A stretch of DNA of 61,934 nucleotides, the filler included, from Actinomycetota bacterium (GTDB taxonomy: Bacteria; Actinomycetota; Acidimicrobiia; IMCC26256; VFJJ01), in the NCBI GenBank assembly GCA_009886115.1. It is 7 parts of 7 records of this genome, joined end to end, with 100 filler letters (N's around TTAATTAATTAA, not from the genome) between each part and the next. Parts side by side here need not be neighbours in the genome. Positions count along the whole stretch, not along the records: positions 1 to 7,266 come from VFJJ01000029.1; positions 7,367 to 13,969 come from VFJJ01000059.1; 5 more parts are not named here. The stretch is one strand, 5' to 3'. A program made the position numbers and the translations under genes. Shown here piece after piece: positions 1-10,106 of this stretch (position 1 is the stretch's first letter; every line of letters begins with the position of its first letter). The notes beneath the pieces were generated by a model. That model saw nothing but the letters and a program-made list of their open reading frames with translations. It was not told the DNA's origin and made no database searches.

Positions 1-1029
1 ACGACCGTTCCCGAGACGACGACCACGGTGGCCGAGTCGACGACGACCACGACTGAGCCGACGACGACCACGACTGAGCCGACGACGACGACCACGGTGG
101 CCCCGACGACGACCACGACGGTGCCTCCCACGACGACGACGACGGTGGCTCCCACGACGACCACGACCGAGCCCGGTCTGGGAGCGCCGCCTGCTGTCGG
201 CGGAACCGGTGGACCACCGGCGCCCGGGGGTTCCCAGGGCGGGGTTGCCAGTCAGGGGTACTACCTGGTGGCGGGCGATGGTCGGGTGCTCGCGTTCGGC
301 TCGGCCGCCGATCTGGGCGCTCAGACGGTCAATCCCGCGCTGGCCACGCAGCAGATCGCAGGGTTCGCGGCCCGGCTCGATGGCGGCACCGGGTACTGGA
401 TGGTCACGCAACAGGGCAAGGTGTTCGCGTTCAACGGCGCGCCCCATCTCGGGGACGTGTCGGCCGTGGGGCTCAACAGGCCGATCGTCGGCATCGCATC
501 GACCCGCAGCGGCCTGGGCTACTGGCTGGTGGCCGGTGACGGCGGGATCTTCAGCTTCGGTGACGCCGGGTTCTTCGGTTCAACGGGCGGCATCGTGTTG
601 AACAAGCCCATCGTCGGGATGGCGGCCACGCCCTCCGGCCGGGGGTACTGGATGGTCGCCACCGACGGCGGCATCTTCGGCTACGGCGACGCCGGGTTCT
701 TCGGCTCGACGGGGAGCATCGTGTTGAACAAGCCCATCGTCGGGATGGCGCCCACTGCCGGCGGGACGGGGTACTGGCTCGTGGCCACCGACGGCGGGAT
801 CTTCGCCTTCGGTGACGCCGGGTTCTTCGGTTCGACGGGGGGCATCGTGTTGAACAAGCCCGTCATCGGCATGGCCCCGACCGCAGGTGGGAAGGGCTAC
901 TGGCTGATCTCGAGCGACGGCGGTGTGTTCGCCTATGGCGATGCGCCGTTCCTCGGCTCGGCGACCGACCGCGGGCTCGACCGTCCGGTCATCGGCGTCG
1001 TGCCCGTCACACCGGCCGTCACCTCGTAG
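1..1029 (+). CDS. Surface/secreted protein with Thr/Pro-rich linker and C-terminal GYWLVxxDGGIFxFGDA repeats (5' partial)
   Basis: Frame is open from base 1. PTTTTT linker followed by tandem ~41-aa repeats (GYWLVAxDGGIFxFGDAGFFGSTGxIVLNKPIVGMA), a repeat type common in Acidimicrobiia surface proteins. Confidence 0.8.
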   Translation, partial: TTVPETTTTVAESTTTTTEPTTTTTEPTTTTTVAPTTTTTVPPTTTTTVAPTTTTTEPGLGAPPAVGGTGGPPAPGGSQGGVASQGYYLVAGDGRVLAFGSAADLGAQTVNPALATQQIAGFAARLDGGTGYWMVTQQGKVFAFNGAPHLGDVSAVGLNRPIVGIASTRSGLGYWLVAGDGGIFSFGDAGFFGSTGGIVLNKPIVGMAATPSGRGYWMVATDGGIFGYGDAGFFGSTGSIVLNKPIVGMAPTAGGTGYWLVATDGGIFAFGDAGFFGSTGGIVLNKPVIGMAPTAGGKGYWLISSDGGVFAYGDAPFLGSATDRGLDRPVIGVVPVTPAVTS

Positions 1030-1041
1030 CTGCCGTTGGCG

Positions 1042-2367
1042 TCACCTCGTGGTCGCCGTCGTCCAACGCGGGCTCGAGAAGCGCCACAGGTTGCCGATCA
1101 TGCGGGCAGCGATGAACACCGAGAGCGCACACCACAGGGCCACCAGCCCTCGGTCGAGCTCGGCCACGAGGAGGGCGAGCGGAACGAACGCCACGGCGGC
1201 GCCGACCATGGCCACGGCCAGGAACCGGACGTCGCCGGCACCCACCAGGATCCCGTCGAGGACGAAGACGATCGAACCCGGGATCTGCACCGCAGCCACC
1301 AACCACAGGATCCGCTCGGCCTCAGCGATCACGAGCTGGTCCGAGCTGAACAGACGCACGATGAAGGGGCGTAAGGCGATCACGACGAGCCCCGCCACGA
1401 TGCCCGTGACCACGCCCCATTCGATCATCCGCCGACCCGCTCGCCGGGCTTCCGACCGATCGCCGGCCCCGAGGAGCCGTCCGACCATGGCCTGCCCGGC
1501 GATCGCCACGGCGTCGAGCGAGAACGCCAGGAAGGTCCAGAGCTGGAAGGCGATCTGGTGGGCGGCCAACGCGGCGTCGGAGATGCGCGACGCCACGGCC
1601 GTGGCCACCGCGAAGGCACCGAGCAGAGCGCCCGTCCGGACAGCCAGGGTTGCGCCGAGCGTGGCGAAGATGCGGATGCCGGTCGGTCGGGGCCGGAGGC
1701 TGGCGCCGGTGCTACGAACCCTCGAGATGATGATCGCGAGGTAGACGATGGCCGCGCACCATTGGGCGAAGACCGTCGACCACGCCGAGGCGGCAATGCC
1801 GAAACCCAAGCCGTAGATGGCGATCAGCTCGATGACGAGGTTGAGGAGGTTCGAGCCCAGGCCCACGGCCAGTGACGTCGTGGTGTTCTGCAAGCCGCGG
1901 AGATACCCCGTTCCGGTCAACGCGATGAGGACGGCTGGAGCTCCGAGGGTGCTGATCTTCAAGTACTGCAAGGCAAACGGGGTTGCGGCGTCGGAGGTGC
2001 CGAAGATCTCGACGGCGGGCTCGGCGACCAGGAGCCCGATGGCGGTGAGCGCGAATCCCAGCGCGACGGCGAGCCAGAGCGCCTCCACGGCCCTATCGGC
2101 GGCAGCGCGCTCGTCGCCCGATCCGTGGGCCCGGGCCACCACGGCGGTCGTACCGTAGGCGAGGAAGTTGCAGATCCAAAAGCCTGTCGTGAGCACGGTT
2201 CCGGCCACGGCGAGCCCGGCGAGCTGTGGGGTTCCGAGGTGGCCGACGACGGCGGTGTCGGTGAGGACGTACAACGGCTCGACGGCCAGGCCCCCCAAGG
2301 CCGGTAACGCCAGGCGCCCGATCTCCCTGTCGTGCTCGTGGCGCCCGAGCCGCGTGAAGGCCTTCAC
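1042..2367 (-). CDS. MATE family efflux transporter (DinF-like)
   Basis: LALPALGGLAVEPLYVLTDTAVVGHLG N-terminus and many hydrophobic helices. GTG start at 2367 overlaps the add stop (GTGA). Confidence 0.9.
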   Translation of the reverse strand: MKAFTRLGRHEHDREIGRLALPALGGLAVEPLYVLTDTAVVGHLGTPQLAGLAVAGTVLTTGFWICNFLAYGTTAVVARAHGSGDERAAADRAVEALWLAVALGFALTAIGLLVAEPAVEIFGTSDAATPFALQYLKISTLGAPAVLIALTGTGYLRGLQNTTTSLAVGLGSNLLNLVIELIAIYGLGFGIAASAWSTVFAQWCAAIVYLAIIISRVRSTGASLRPRPTGIRIFATLGATLAVRTGALLGAFAVATAVASRISDAALAAHQIAFQLWTFLAFSLDAVAIAGQAMVGRLLGAGDRSEARRAGRRMIEWGVVTGIVAGLVVIALRPFIVRLFSSDQLVIAEAERILWLVAAVQIPGSIVFVLDGILVGAGDVRFLAVAMVGAAVAFVPLALLVAELDRGLVALWCALSVFIAARMIGNLWRFSSPRWTTATTR

Positions 2368-3386
2368 TGGAGAGGCGTTGCGAGCCACGAGTCGATGTCG
2401 TGGTGCCAGCCGGCCTTGCGGTGGTCGGGGGCGAACGAGGCGTCGACCCCGGCGTGGGCCAGGGCGGCGAGCGCGGCGTCGTCGTCGCCGAACACGGCCC
2501 GGGCGATGAGGTACTCGCCGTCGACGGGTGACTCGAACATGGTGGGATCGTCGGAGTTCAGCGTGACCTTGATGCCCGCGGCGCGCAGATCGGGAAAGGG
2601 ATGCGAGATGAGGCTCTCGACGACGCCCGTGGCCACGTTCGACGATGGGCAGACCTCGAGTGGAATTCCTTTGTCGCACAAGAGCTTGACGACTTCGGGG
2701 TCTTCGAGGCAACGGATGCCGTGGCCGATCCGGTCGGCGCCGAGGAGCTCGACAGCTCGCCGAACACTGTCGGCCCCTTGGGCTTCGCCGGCGTGGGGGA
2801 CCGATCGCAGGCCCGCCCGCTTGGCCTCGGCGAAGAGCTCGGCGTACCACTCGTGAGGATCGGCACCTTCGGGACCGCCGATGCCGAGGGCGACGACTCC
2901 CGGATCGTCCGTCCCCGCTGCGCTGCGGAACCCGACGGCCGTCTCGAGCGTGCGCTCGGCCGTCCACAGCGGGTCGCCCCAGACACAGTCGAGAACGAGC
3001 CGGCAGTGCACGCCATGCGCGGCAAGCCCGTCGGCAAACCCGTCGAGCACCGCCTCGACGATCCCGTTCCAGTCGCCGAGGCGCTCGCCGCACTCCCAGA
3101 CGGTGAACGTGACCTCGGCCCAGCGAACACCTTGGGCCGCTTGGTCTTCGCAGAGCTCCCGGGCGATCCTTCGATAGTCGGCAGGGGCGCCCAGGCAGCG
3201 CGTCATCTCCGTGTACTGGTCGATGAAGTGCACGAAGTCGTGGAAGCGCCATCGATCGTCGGGACCGAGGGCCGCAGGTATCGGGCGCCCGTGTGCCGCC
3301 GCCACCTCGCGCAGCGTCGCCGGCCTGATCGAACCTTCGAGGTGGATGTGGAGGTCGGTCTTGGGCAATGCCGCCAGGTCGCGCAC
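2364..3386 (-). CDS. add: Adenosine/adenine deaminase
   Basis: LPKTDLHIHLEGS, HAGE, RIGHG, LEVCPSSN and NSDDP motifs. Confidence 0.92.
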   Translation of the reverse strand: MRDLAALPKTDLHIHLEGSIRPATLREVAAAHGRPIPAALGPDDRWRFHDFVHFIDQYTEMTRCLGAPADYRRIARELCEDQAAQGVRWAEVTFTVWECGERLGDWNGIVEAVLDGFADGLAAHGVHCRLVLDCVWGDPLWTAERTLETAVGFRSAAGTDDPGVVALGIGGPEGADPHEWYAELFAEAKRAGLRSVPHAGEAQGADSVRRAVELLGADRIGHGIRCLEDPEVVKLLCDKGIPLEVCPSSNVATGVVESLISHPFPDLRAAGIKVTLNSDDPTMFESPVDGEYLIARAVFGDDDAALAALAHAGVDASFAPDHRKAGWHHDIDSWLATPLQ

Positions 3387-3410
3387 GCCTGCGACGGTAG
3401 CGACGGCCGG

Positions 3411-5384
3411 TCAGCGCGCGAGGGCTCGAGCGTCGGCGAGCGTGGGCGCGATCCCGATCCGGACGTCGGACCCGGAGCAGGTGACCACGGCATCGGGCCC
3501 GTCACCACTGCCGGCGAGCGTGAGCGCCTCGGAGCCCTCGTTGGTGACGCGGCCGGCGTCGGGGTACGTGGCCGAGAGCCACTCCGACACCGACTCGCAC
3601 AGCGGGAGCCCGTCGCTCGTGGCCCGTTCGACGAGCGCCACGCCCAAGGCCGAACGGGGACCGTCGGTGAACAGCCGGAGCTCGCCGCCGGCCCACGCAC
3701 TGGCATGGTCGAGCTCGTCGCCGATCGCCGCGGCGCGATCGCCGCCCGGAGCCTCGAAGAGCCACTGGAGTTGCGCGACCCCCAGAGTGTCGGCGCCGGC
3801 CGCGGTCCACGGAGCGCCGAGCGTCCCCGGATCGCGAGCGTCGACCGGTTCCTCGCCGGCGGCGTAGCGATCGGGGAAGACAACCTGCGCCGAGCTCGTG
3901 GGCGGCCCGTCGTACAGCTCGTCAACGGCGGCCCAACCCCCGTCGGCGAAGACCGAGCACACGAAGTTCAGGCCCTCCGCATAGGGGTACCGGAGCTGGC
4001 GTTGCAGATAGTGGGGGAACGTCGCCAGCTGAGCCTGCGCCTCGGCCGAGGCGGGGTCGAGCGTGGTGTCGAGCATGGCGTCGATGCCGAGCTCGGCGAA
4101 GAGATAGCGGGTCATCGTGAGCGTCGCGTCGCCTTCGACGACCGCCAGCGCTCCGAGGTCGCCATCGGTGTCTGCCGTGACGCCACCTGTCGCTCCCGCA
4201 CCGATGTCGGGAAGCCCGAGCACCTGGTCGGTCAGAGCGTGGTCGAGCTCGTGCGTCATCGTGATGAGCCCGTTGGTGTCGAGCGGCTCCGACGGATCGT
4301 CGGTGGCCACGACCAGCCGGCCGGTCTCCGGGTCGTAGTAGCCGGCGACCTGACCGCTCACCAGATCGCCTTGGAGCCCCTGGAGATCGGTGCCCGTGGG
4401 GATGGCGCCGAGCAGGCTCAGGATGCGACTGTCACGATCGGCCTGACTGGTTGGGTAGTCGCGCTCGATCTGGGCGGCGACGTCGTCGGCGATCTCATCG
4501 TGGGTGAGGATTGTGGCCTCCGGAACCTCCTCGAACTCGAGCTCCCGCTCGCGCTCGAGCCAGGCGACGATCGCCGTGATCTGGGTGTCGACGTCATCGG
4601 CCGGACGTCCTGCTCCTGCTCCTTCGAGGACGGCCATCGGATCCATGCACTGGAGCATCATGAACGGATCGAGACCGCCGAGATCGTCGAGCCCGACCGG
4701 CTCACCGCCCGACCCGCCACCGCCCGACCCGCCACCGCCGTCCCCGCCGATGTCGTCGAGCAGGTCGCCCAGGATCTCGGTGGCGTCCTCGACCACGCCG
4801 TCGACCCCGTCGACCACTCCGTCAGCCGCATCGCGGGCGCTCCCCAGCACATCGGCCAGGTTGTCTCCGATCGCGCCCGTCAGGTCGACGCTGCCCTCGA
4901 GGATCCCCTCCACGAGGGCCTGGAGGTCCTCGACGTTGAGCGAATCGAGTCCGACATCGGCCGCCAGATCGGCCAACGCGTCGGCGTCGATGGCGGCGAG
5001 CACGCTCAGGTCGTCGCCGAGCAGCTGGGCCAGGATGCGAGCGGCGGCCGCGGCGTCGGCCGCCTCGAGGTCACCGGTCAGGATGTGCAGCAGGATGGTT
5101 GCGACGTCGATCGGGTCGATGCTGCCATCGCCGCCGAACGGATCTTCGCCGGCTCGGGCAGCATCGGCGGCCGCCACCGCGGCGGTGAGCTCGTCCTGCA
5201 GATCGTCGACCTGGAGCTCGGCGTCGGCGAGGTCGCCTTCGGCCCGGGACGCGTCGTTCCGACTTGACCGGAGCTCGCGCTTGGTGTCGTTGAGGTCGTC
5301 TCGCTGCAGCACGCCGAAGGTGGCCGTGGCCACGAGGGCGACGGCCAAGGCCGGCACCAGGACCTTGACGAGATGGTCGCTCAT
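3411..5384 (-). CDS. Membrane-anchored/secreted protein with zincin-like HExxH domain
   Basis: ATG 5384 preceded by GAGGAG. N-terminal hydrophobic helix, coiled-coil/acidic region, Gly linker, then GYYDP...HELDHAL...EGDAT...PYAEG. Confidence 0.7.
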   Translation of the reverse strand: MSDHLVKVLVPALAVALVATATFGVLQRDDLNDTKRELRSSRNDASRAEGDLADAELQVDDLQDELTAAVAAADAARAGEDPFGGDGSIDPIDVATILLHILTGDLEAADAAAAARILAQLLGDDLSVLAAIDADALADLAADVGLDSLNVEDLQALVEGILEGSVDLTGAIGDNLADVLGSARDAADGVVDGVDGVVEDATEILGDLLDDIGGDGGGGSGGGGSGGEPVGLDDLGGLDPFMMLQCMDPMAVLEGAGAGRPADDVDTQITAIVAWLERERELEFEEVPEATILTHDEIADDVAAQIERDYPTSQADRDSRILSLLGAIPTGTDLQGLQGDLVSGQVAGYYDPETGRLVVATDDPSEPLDTNGLITMTHELDHALTDQVLGLPDIGAGATGGVTADTDGDLGALAVVEGDATLTMTRYLFAELGIDAMLDTTLDPASAEAQAQLATFPHYLQRQLRYPYAEGLNFVCSVFADGGWAAVDELYDGPPTSSAQVVFPDRYAAGEEPVDARDPGTLGAPWTAAGADTLGVAQLQWLFEAPGGDRAAAIGDELDHASAWAGGELRLFTDGPRSALGVALVERATSDGLPLCESVSEWLSATYPDAGRVTNEGSEALTLAGSGDGPDAVVTCSGSDVRIGIAPTLADARALAR

Positions 5385-5668
5385 CGGCTCCTCGACAAAT
5401 TGGCTGGCAGTCGGTCGACGTGTCGGTCGGCCTACGGGTCGGTCGCCCACGAAGTGATCGGCCGACGAAATGATCGGCTCCATGATCGCCGACCGTGAGC
5501 GGGTCGGGTGACCACCCGGGCCGTCCCGCCCGTTCCCAGCCAACGCCCACGGCCTCGGGAAGGTTCCCGAGTGTGGCGGGCCGTGCCGTGCCGTGCCGGT
5601 GGCGCGTCGCGTCACGTCGGTGGCGAACCCTCGGGATGAGTGTCGTACCCCCCTGTCATGCTGGCGAC

Positions 5669-6037
5669 GTGGAACTCCCGCCGTCATTGCGCTTTGCCGA
5701 TGCCTCCCGCGTGCTCACCGGCGCTGCGCTCCGTCTCGGCCTCGCGGTGCCAACCTTTCGCAGCCCACCCCGCATGGCTGGTACGAGCCGCACGATCCGG
5801 CGTCTGGACCCCGCCGTGGTCGGAACGAGTCTCGGCGGGGTCGCGGCCGTCGAATCAGGTGGGCGCAACGCCGCCGTCGTCGCGGTCTCGCTCCGGGGCC
5901 GAGCCTTCGCCGAGGTTCTCACCGACATGATCGAGGGGGTGATCGTCACCAACCGCCTCGCCGCCGTCGACGCCCAGCGAATCAGGGCCGAGCTGTTCCG
6001 AGCCGCCAGCGAGGTCTTCGACGTCGAAGCCGCCTGA
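5669..6037 (+). CDS. Hypothetical protein
   Basis: Protein-like ORF (LRFADASRVL...PTFRSPPR...DMIEGVIVTN) with GC-rich third positions. Start uncertain (ATG 5636 or GTG 5669). Confidence 0.6.
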   Translation: MELPPSLRFADASRVLTGAALRLGLAVPTFRSPPRMAGTSRTIRRLDPAVVGTSLGGVAAVESGGRNAAVVAVSLRGRAFAEVLTDMIEGVIVTNRLAAVDAQRIRAELFRAASEVFDVEAA

Positions 6038-6086
6038 CCCGACCGGTCCGTGTCCTGGCTAGCCTCCTGGTGCGACGAGACCACTG

Positions 6087-6172
6087 GTCCGGGTGGCGGA
6101 ACGGCAGACGCAGACGGCTTAAACCCGTCAGTTCGCAAGGACGTACGGGTTCGACTCCCGTCCCGGGCACCA
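6087..6172 (+). tRNA. tRNA-Leu (anticodon UAA, reads UUA)
   Basis: Acceptor stem GTCCGGG/CCCGGGC plus ACCA, D-arm TGGCGGAACGGCAGACGC, anticodon arm GACGG-CTTAAAC-CCGTC, long variable arm, T-loop GGTTCGACTCC. Confidence 0.95.
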
Positions 6173-6234
6173 AGGCTGACCAGGAAGAATAGCCTTCCGG
6201 GCGATGTCGAGCCTTGAGTGTCATGTCCGGTTTT

Positions 6235-6261
6235 GTCACCGATCAGTCACACGAGAGTCAC
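6235..6261 (+). repeat. Three GTCAC direct repeats at 11-bp period (putative integrase arm-type sites)
   Basis: GTCAC starts at 6235, 6246 and 6257, between the tRNA 3' end and the integrase start. Confidence 0.5.
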
Positions 6262-6283
6262 AGATTCGGGCTCCTCTTACTCC

Positions 6284-7252
6284 ATGCGCGGACGGGTGTA
6301 CCAGCACAGCGGCGTGTGGGCGTTCGTCGTCGACATCGACCGCGACCCGGCGGGTGGCCGGCGCCGGCAGCAGCGGCGCAGTGGTTTCCGCACGAAGCGT
6401 GATGCTGAACGAGCGCTGACCGAGGTGCTGAAGGAGGTGCAGACGGGTGGACCCGTCGCCTCAGGTAGCCAGACCCTGAACGAGTGGGTTGCCGAGTGGC
6501 TCCCTGTGATGACGATGAAGGTTCGGCCGACGACGATTCGCGACTATGAGAACTCGCTGGCTCATGTGACGCAGCATCTTGGAGGGGTGAAGCTCCGCGA
6601 CCTCCGGTCGATCGCCATCGAACGAACATACGCGGCGCTCCTCGTCGAGGGGCGGCGCTACGGAGGTGGCCTCTCGCCGAAGAGCGTTCGGAACGCGCAC
6701 ACGGCGCTGCGCCGCTGCCTTGCCGATGCTGAACGTCACGGGCTCGTGGCCCGTAATCCTGCGGCACTGGTCACACCACCGCGGGTCGATCGTCAAGAGA
6801 TGAAGACGTGGACCGCCGATGAGCTCGGGGCGTTCCTCGACCACATCGCCGGGGATCGTCTCGTAGCCGCGTTCCGTCTCCTCGCCCTGACCGGTGCTCG
6901 ACGGGGCGAGATCCTCGGCCTCCGCTGGACCGACGTCGACCTCGATGGTGAGCGGTTGACCATCTCGAGGTCGTTGACGACGCACAGCTCGCCGCTCCAC
7001 CCCGACAGCATCACCCGTTTCTTCGAGCAGGGGGTTCGCGACTCTGGCCTTCCTCGCATCCGACTCCACGATCTGCGCCATGGCTGGGCGAGTATGGCGC
7101 TCCTGGCGGGGATCCATCCGAAGGTCGTCTCCGAGCGGCTCGGACACGCCACCGTCGGCGTGACGCTCGACATCTACTCCCACGTGGCGGCCGGGCTCGA
7201 TTCCGACGCCGCCGTCCAGGTCGCCGCTCTGGTACCCCAGAAGTCGAAGTAG
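6284..7252 (+). mobile_element. Tyrosine recombinase/integrase at tRNA-Leu, probably internally deleted
   Basis: Arm-binding N-terminus (RRSGFRTKRDAE), SAM-like domain, TGARRGE, RLHDLRH, VSERLGH, TLDIYSH. The segment between ISRSLTT and PLHPD is abnormally short. Confidence 0.88.
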
Positions 7253-7266
7253 CTCGCGTCTCGGCA

Positions 7267-7366
7267 NNNNNNNNNNNNNNNNNNNNNNNNNNNNNNNNNN
7301 NNNNNNNNNNTTAATTAATTAANNNNNNNNNNNNNNNNNNNNNNNNNNNNNNNNNNNNNNNNNNNN
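7267..7366. other. Artificial contig linker
   Basis: N44-TTAATTAATTAA-N44 (stops in all six frames). Confidence 0.98.
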
Positions 7367-8212
7367 CGATGCCTCCATTCGATCGAACGCAGCCTCGATG
7401 GCGTCGCGCCGCAGGTTGTAGTCGGACCTGTACCCGCCGTGGGTGAGGATGTAGGGCTGGTTCTCGATGAGATCGGTGAGCAGGTTGCGGATCGCGTGGT
7501 CGGGCGTCGCCAGGTCGCCCTCGCGCATCGGCCGATGGGCGAGCATCGCCTCGATGTCGTCGGGGCGAACCTCGGTCGGTCCGAGGTCGGCCGGACGGGC
7601 CTGCACGCTGCTCTCGAGGTGCCGGGTCATCATCCCCCCGGGGACGAGCACACTGACACCGATGCCCTCGGGCTCCAGCTCGTCGCGCAATGATTCGCCG
7701 AAGCCCATGACGGCGAACTTCGTGGTCTGATACCCGCCGATCCGTACCGCGGGGACCAGCGCGCTCGACGACGACGTCACCACGATGTGCCGCCATCCGG
7801 GGCGCGCCCGCATCAGCGGCAGGAACTCGCGCACGGTCCGGACGGTGCCGAGGATGTTGACGTTGACCAACCACTGCCAATCGTGCTCGGTCAAGGTGTC
7901 GAGGGCTCCGAACTGCTGCACCCCCACGTTGGCGCAGAGCACGTCGCAGCCGCCGAGCAACGCCTCGACGTGACGGGCGGCCGCGGCGACCGACTCGGGA
8001 TCACCGACGTCGGTCTGCGTTGCCGTGGTGGCGACGCCGAACTCCTCGGCCAGGGAGGCCGCGGTCGCGGCGGCCGCCGGGCCGTCGATGTCGAGAGCAG
8101 CCACGGCCATTCCCTTGCTGGCGAACGCCCGACCCATGGCGGCGCCCAAGCCGGAGCCCCCGCCGGTGATCACGGCGATCCGACCCGCGAGCTCGGGCGT
8201 TGCTTCGACCAT
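7367..8212 (-). CDS. SDR family oxidoreductase (3' partial)
   Basis: TGGGSGLG, ANVG and YQTTK (YxxxK) motifs. Runs into the linker. Confidence 0.9.
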
Positions 8213-8439
8213 GGTTTCTCCCCGGCAGCACGGCGGCGACCCGATCGTCGGACTCTAACGCATTGATCTAGAGCTTTCAGCTAGCGTCCGGTCTCGGTGA
8301 AAGACGCGAACCTGACCACGGCGACGGCGTGGGCCGAGTCCCACGACCGCATGAAGGTCGTCGGCATCCTGTTCTCGGGTTGCGACGCACGCTGTCGCCG
8401 CGGGTTCGAGACCAGTCGCCACGTCGGGCCCAGGCAACG

Positions 8440-10083
8440 ATGACAGCGGGCGAGTGGGCCCTCGCTGACGTTCACGATCTCGTGGCGGGAGCCGTACCCG
8501 AGCGGGAGATGATCGTGTGCGGCACGGTCAGGCGCACCTATGCCGCGGTGGCTGTGCGCACGCGAGCCCTCGGCGTCTTCTTCGTGCGTCGCGGCCTGGG
8601 TGTCCGCCGTGAGCGCAGCGACCTGGAACGGTGGGAGTGCGGGCAGGACACCGTGGCCATGGTGCTGTTCAACTGCCCCGAGTACATCGAGACGATGCTC
8701 GGGGCGTTTCGGGCCCGGGCGGTCCCGTTCAACGTGAACCAGCACTACCGCCCGGCCGAGATGGGGGAGCTGCTCGCATCCCTCGACACCAGGGCCGTGG
8801 TGTACCACCGCGCGCTCGGTCCGCTGGTGGCCTCGGCGTGCGACATCTCCCGGCTCGTCCTCGTGGATGTCGACGACGGGTCAGGTGTCGCCCCCCTGCC
8901 CGGGAGCACCACGTTCGAGGAGGCGGTGCTCACCCCGGCGACCGAGGTGCTCCCGGTCCCGTCTCCCGACGATCTCTACGTGGTCTGCACGGGGGGTACG
9001 ACCGGGCAACCCAAGGCCGTGCTGTGGCGTCAGGCCGATGCCTACGTGTCGGCGATGAGCGGCACCGAGGGCGCGACCGGCGAGTCGATCGTTGCGGCAG
9101 CGTCGGCTCCGAACCCGTTGAGCCCGTGGTACGCCGTGCCTCCGCTCATGCACGCAGCCTCGCAGTGGACGGCGTTCGCCGGGATGCACGGCGGCGGCAC
9201 CGTCGTGCTCCACGACGACTCGGGATCGTTCGATGCGCGGCTGATCCTGGAGACGGCCGAGCGGGAACGGGTGGGCATGATGTCGATCGTCGGCGACGCG
9301 TACGCCCGTCCGATGGTCGAGGAGCTCAGGCGGCGCCCGTACGACCTGTCGTCGCTGCGGCGCCTCGGTGTGGGCGGTGCAGCCACCGGAGATCATCTCA
9401 AGGACGCGTTCCTGGAGCTGATACCAGACGTGACCATCACCGACGGCTACGGCGCGTCCGAGACCGGTGGGATGGCCTTCGGTGCCCGCACCCGATCGCT
9501 CAGCACGACGGGCTGGCTCCCGAGCACCGGGGCGACGGTCATCTCTGCCGACCGCGCCCGGTTCCTGGAGCCCGGAGACGAGGAGATCGGCTGGACGGTC
9601 CGTCGAGGCCGCGTCCCGCTCGGGTACCTGGGCGACAGGGAGCGGACCGAGGCCACCTTCCCGATCGTGAACGGCGAGCGGGTCTCGATCCCGGGTGATC
9701 GCGCCCGGTTCCTTTCCGACGGCAACATCCTGATGCTCGGCCGCGACGCCATGGTGGTGAACACCGGCGGCGAGAAGGTGTTCGTCGAGGAGGTCGAGGC
9801 CGTCCTGCGCCGCCATCCCGACGTCGCCGATGCCCTCGTGGTGGGGCGGGCCTCCGAGCGGTTCGGCCAGGAAGTCACCGCCGTGGTGGCGCTGCGGCCG
9901 GGAGCGGCCGTCGATCCGGCTGCCCTGCGGGAGTTCGTCGCCGGCGAGATCGCCCGGTTCAAGGCACCGCGCGCCGTGATCGTGTGCGAGACGATCCGCC
10001 GTCACACCAACGGCAAGGCCGATTACCGGTGGGCCCAGGAGGTCGCGATCGATGCCGTCGAGATCACCCGGACGTCGAGCTGA
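8440..10083 (+). CDS. Acyl-CoA synthetase (AMP-binding, FadD19-like)
   Basis: CTGGTTGQPKAV, GYGASETG, IPGDRA and NTGGEKVFVEEVE motifs. Confidence 0.9.
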   Translation: MTAGEWALADVHDLVAGAVPEREMIVCGTVRRTYAAVAVRTRALGVFFVRRGLGVRRERSDLERWECGQDTVAMVLFNCPEYIETMLGAFRARAVPFNVNQHYRPAEMGELLASLDTRAVVYHRALGPLVASACDISRLVLVDVDDGSGVAPLPGSTTFEEAVLTPATEVLPVPSPDDLYVVCTGGTTGQPKAVLWRQADAYVSAMSGTEGATGESIVAAASAPNPLSPWYAVPPLMHAASQWTAFAGMHGGGTVVLHDDSGSFDARLILETAERERVGMMSIVGDAYARPMVEELRRRPYDLSSLRRLGVGGAATGDHLKDAFLELIPDVTITDGYGASETGGMAFGARTRSLSTTGWLPSTGATVISADRARFLEPGDEEIGWTVRRGRVPLGYLGDRERTEATFPIVNGERVSIPGDRARFLSDGNILMLGRDAMVVNTGGEKVFVEEVEAVLRRHPDVADALVVGRASERFGQEVTAVVALRPGAAVDPAALREFVAGEIARFKAPRAVIVCETIRRHTNGKADYRWAQEVAIDAVEITRTSS

Positions 10084-10106
10084 CGACCCTCGTCGACACC
10101 AGCCAC

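Noticed and set aside
2368..3252. Long N-terminal extensions in the ORF track (MATE 736 aa, sigma 714 aa, deacetylase 731 aa, Wzy-like 772 aa)
   Set aside because: The extensions overlap upstream genes in another frame. The true starts are at or near the 4-nt stop/start overlaps.
2601..5267. 888-aa plus-strand ORF and similar long ORFs (e.g. 16409-19375, 19434-21383, 23568-25613, 59931-61871, 60058-61857)
   Set aside because: Antisense or off-frame shadows of well-supported genes, as expected in high-GC DNA. They carry no motifs.
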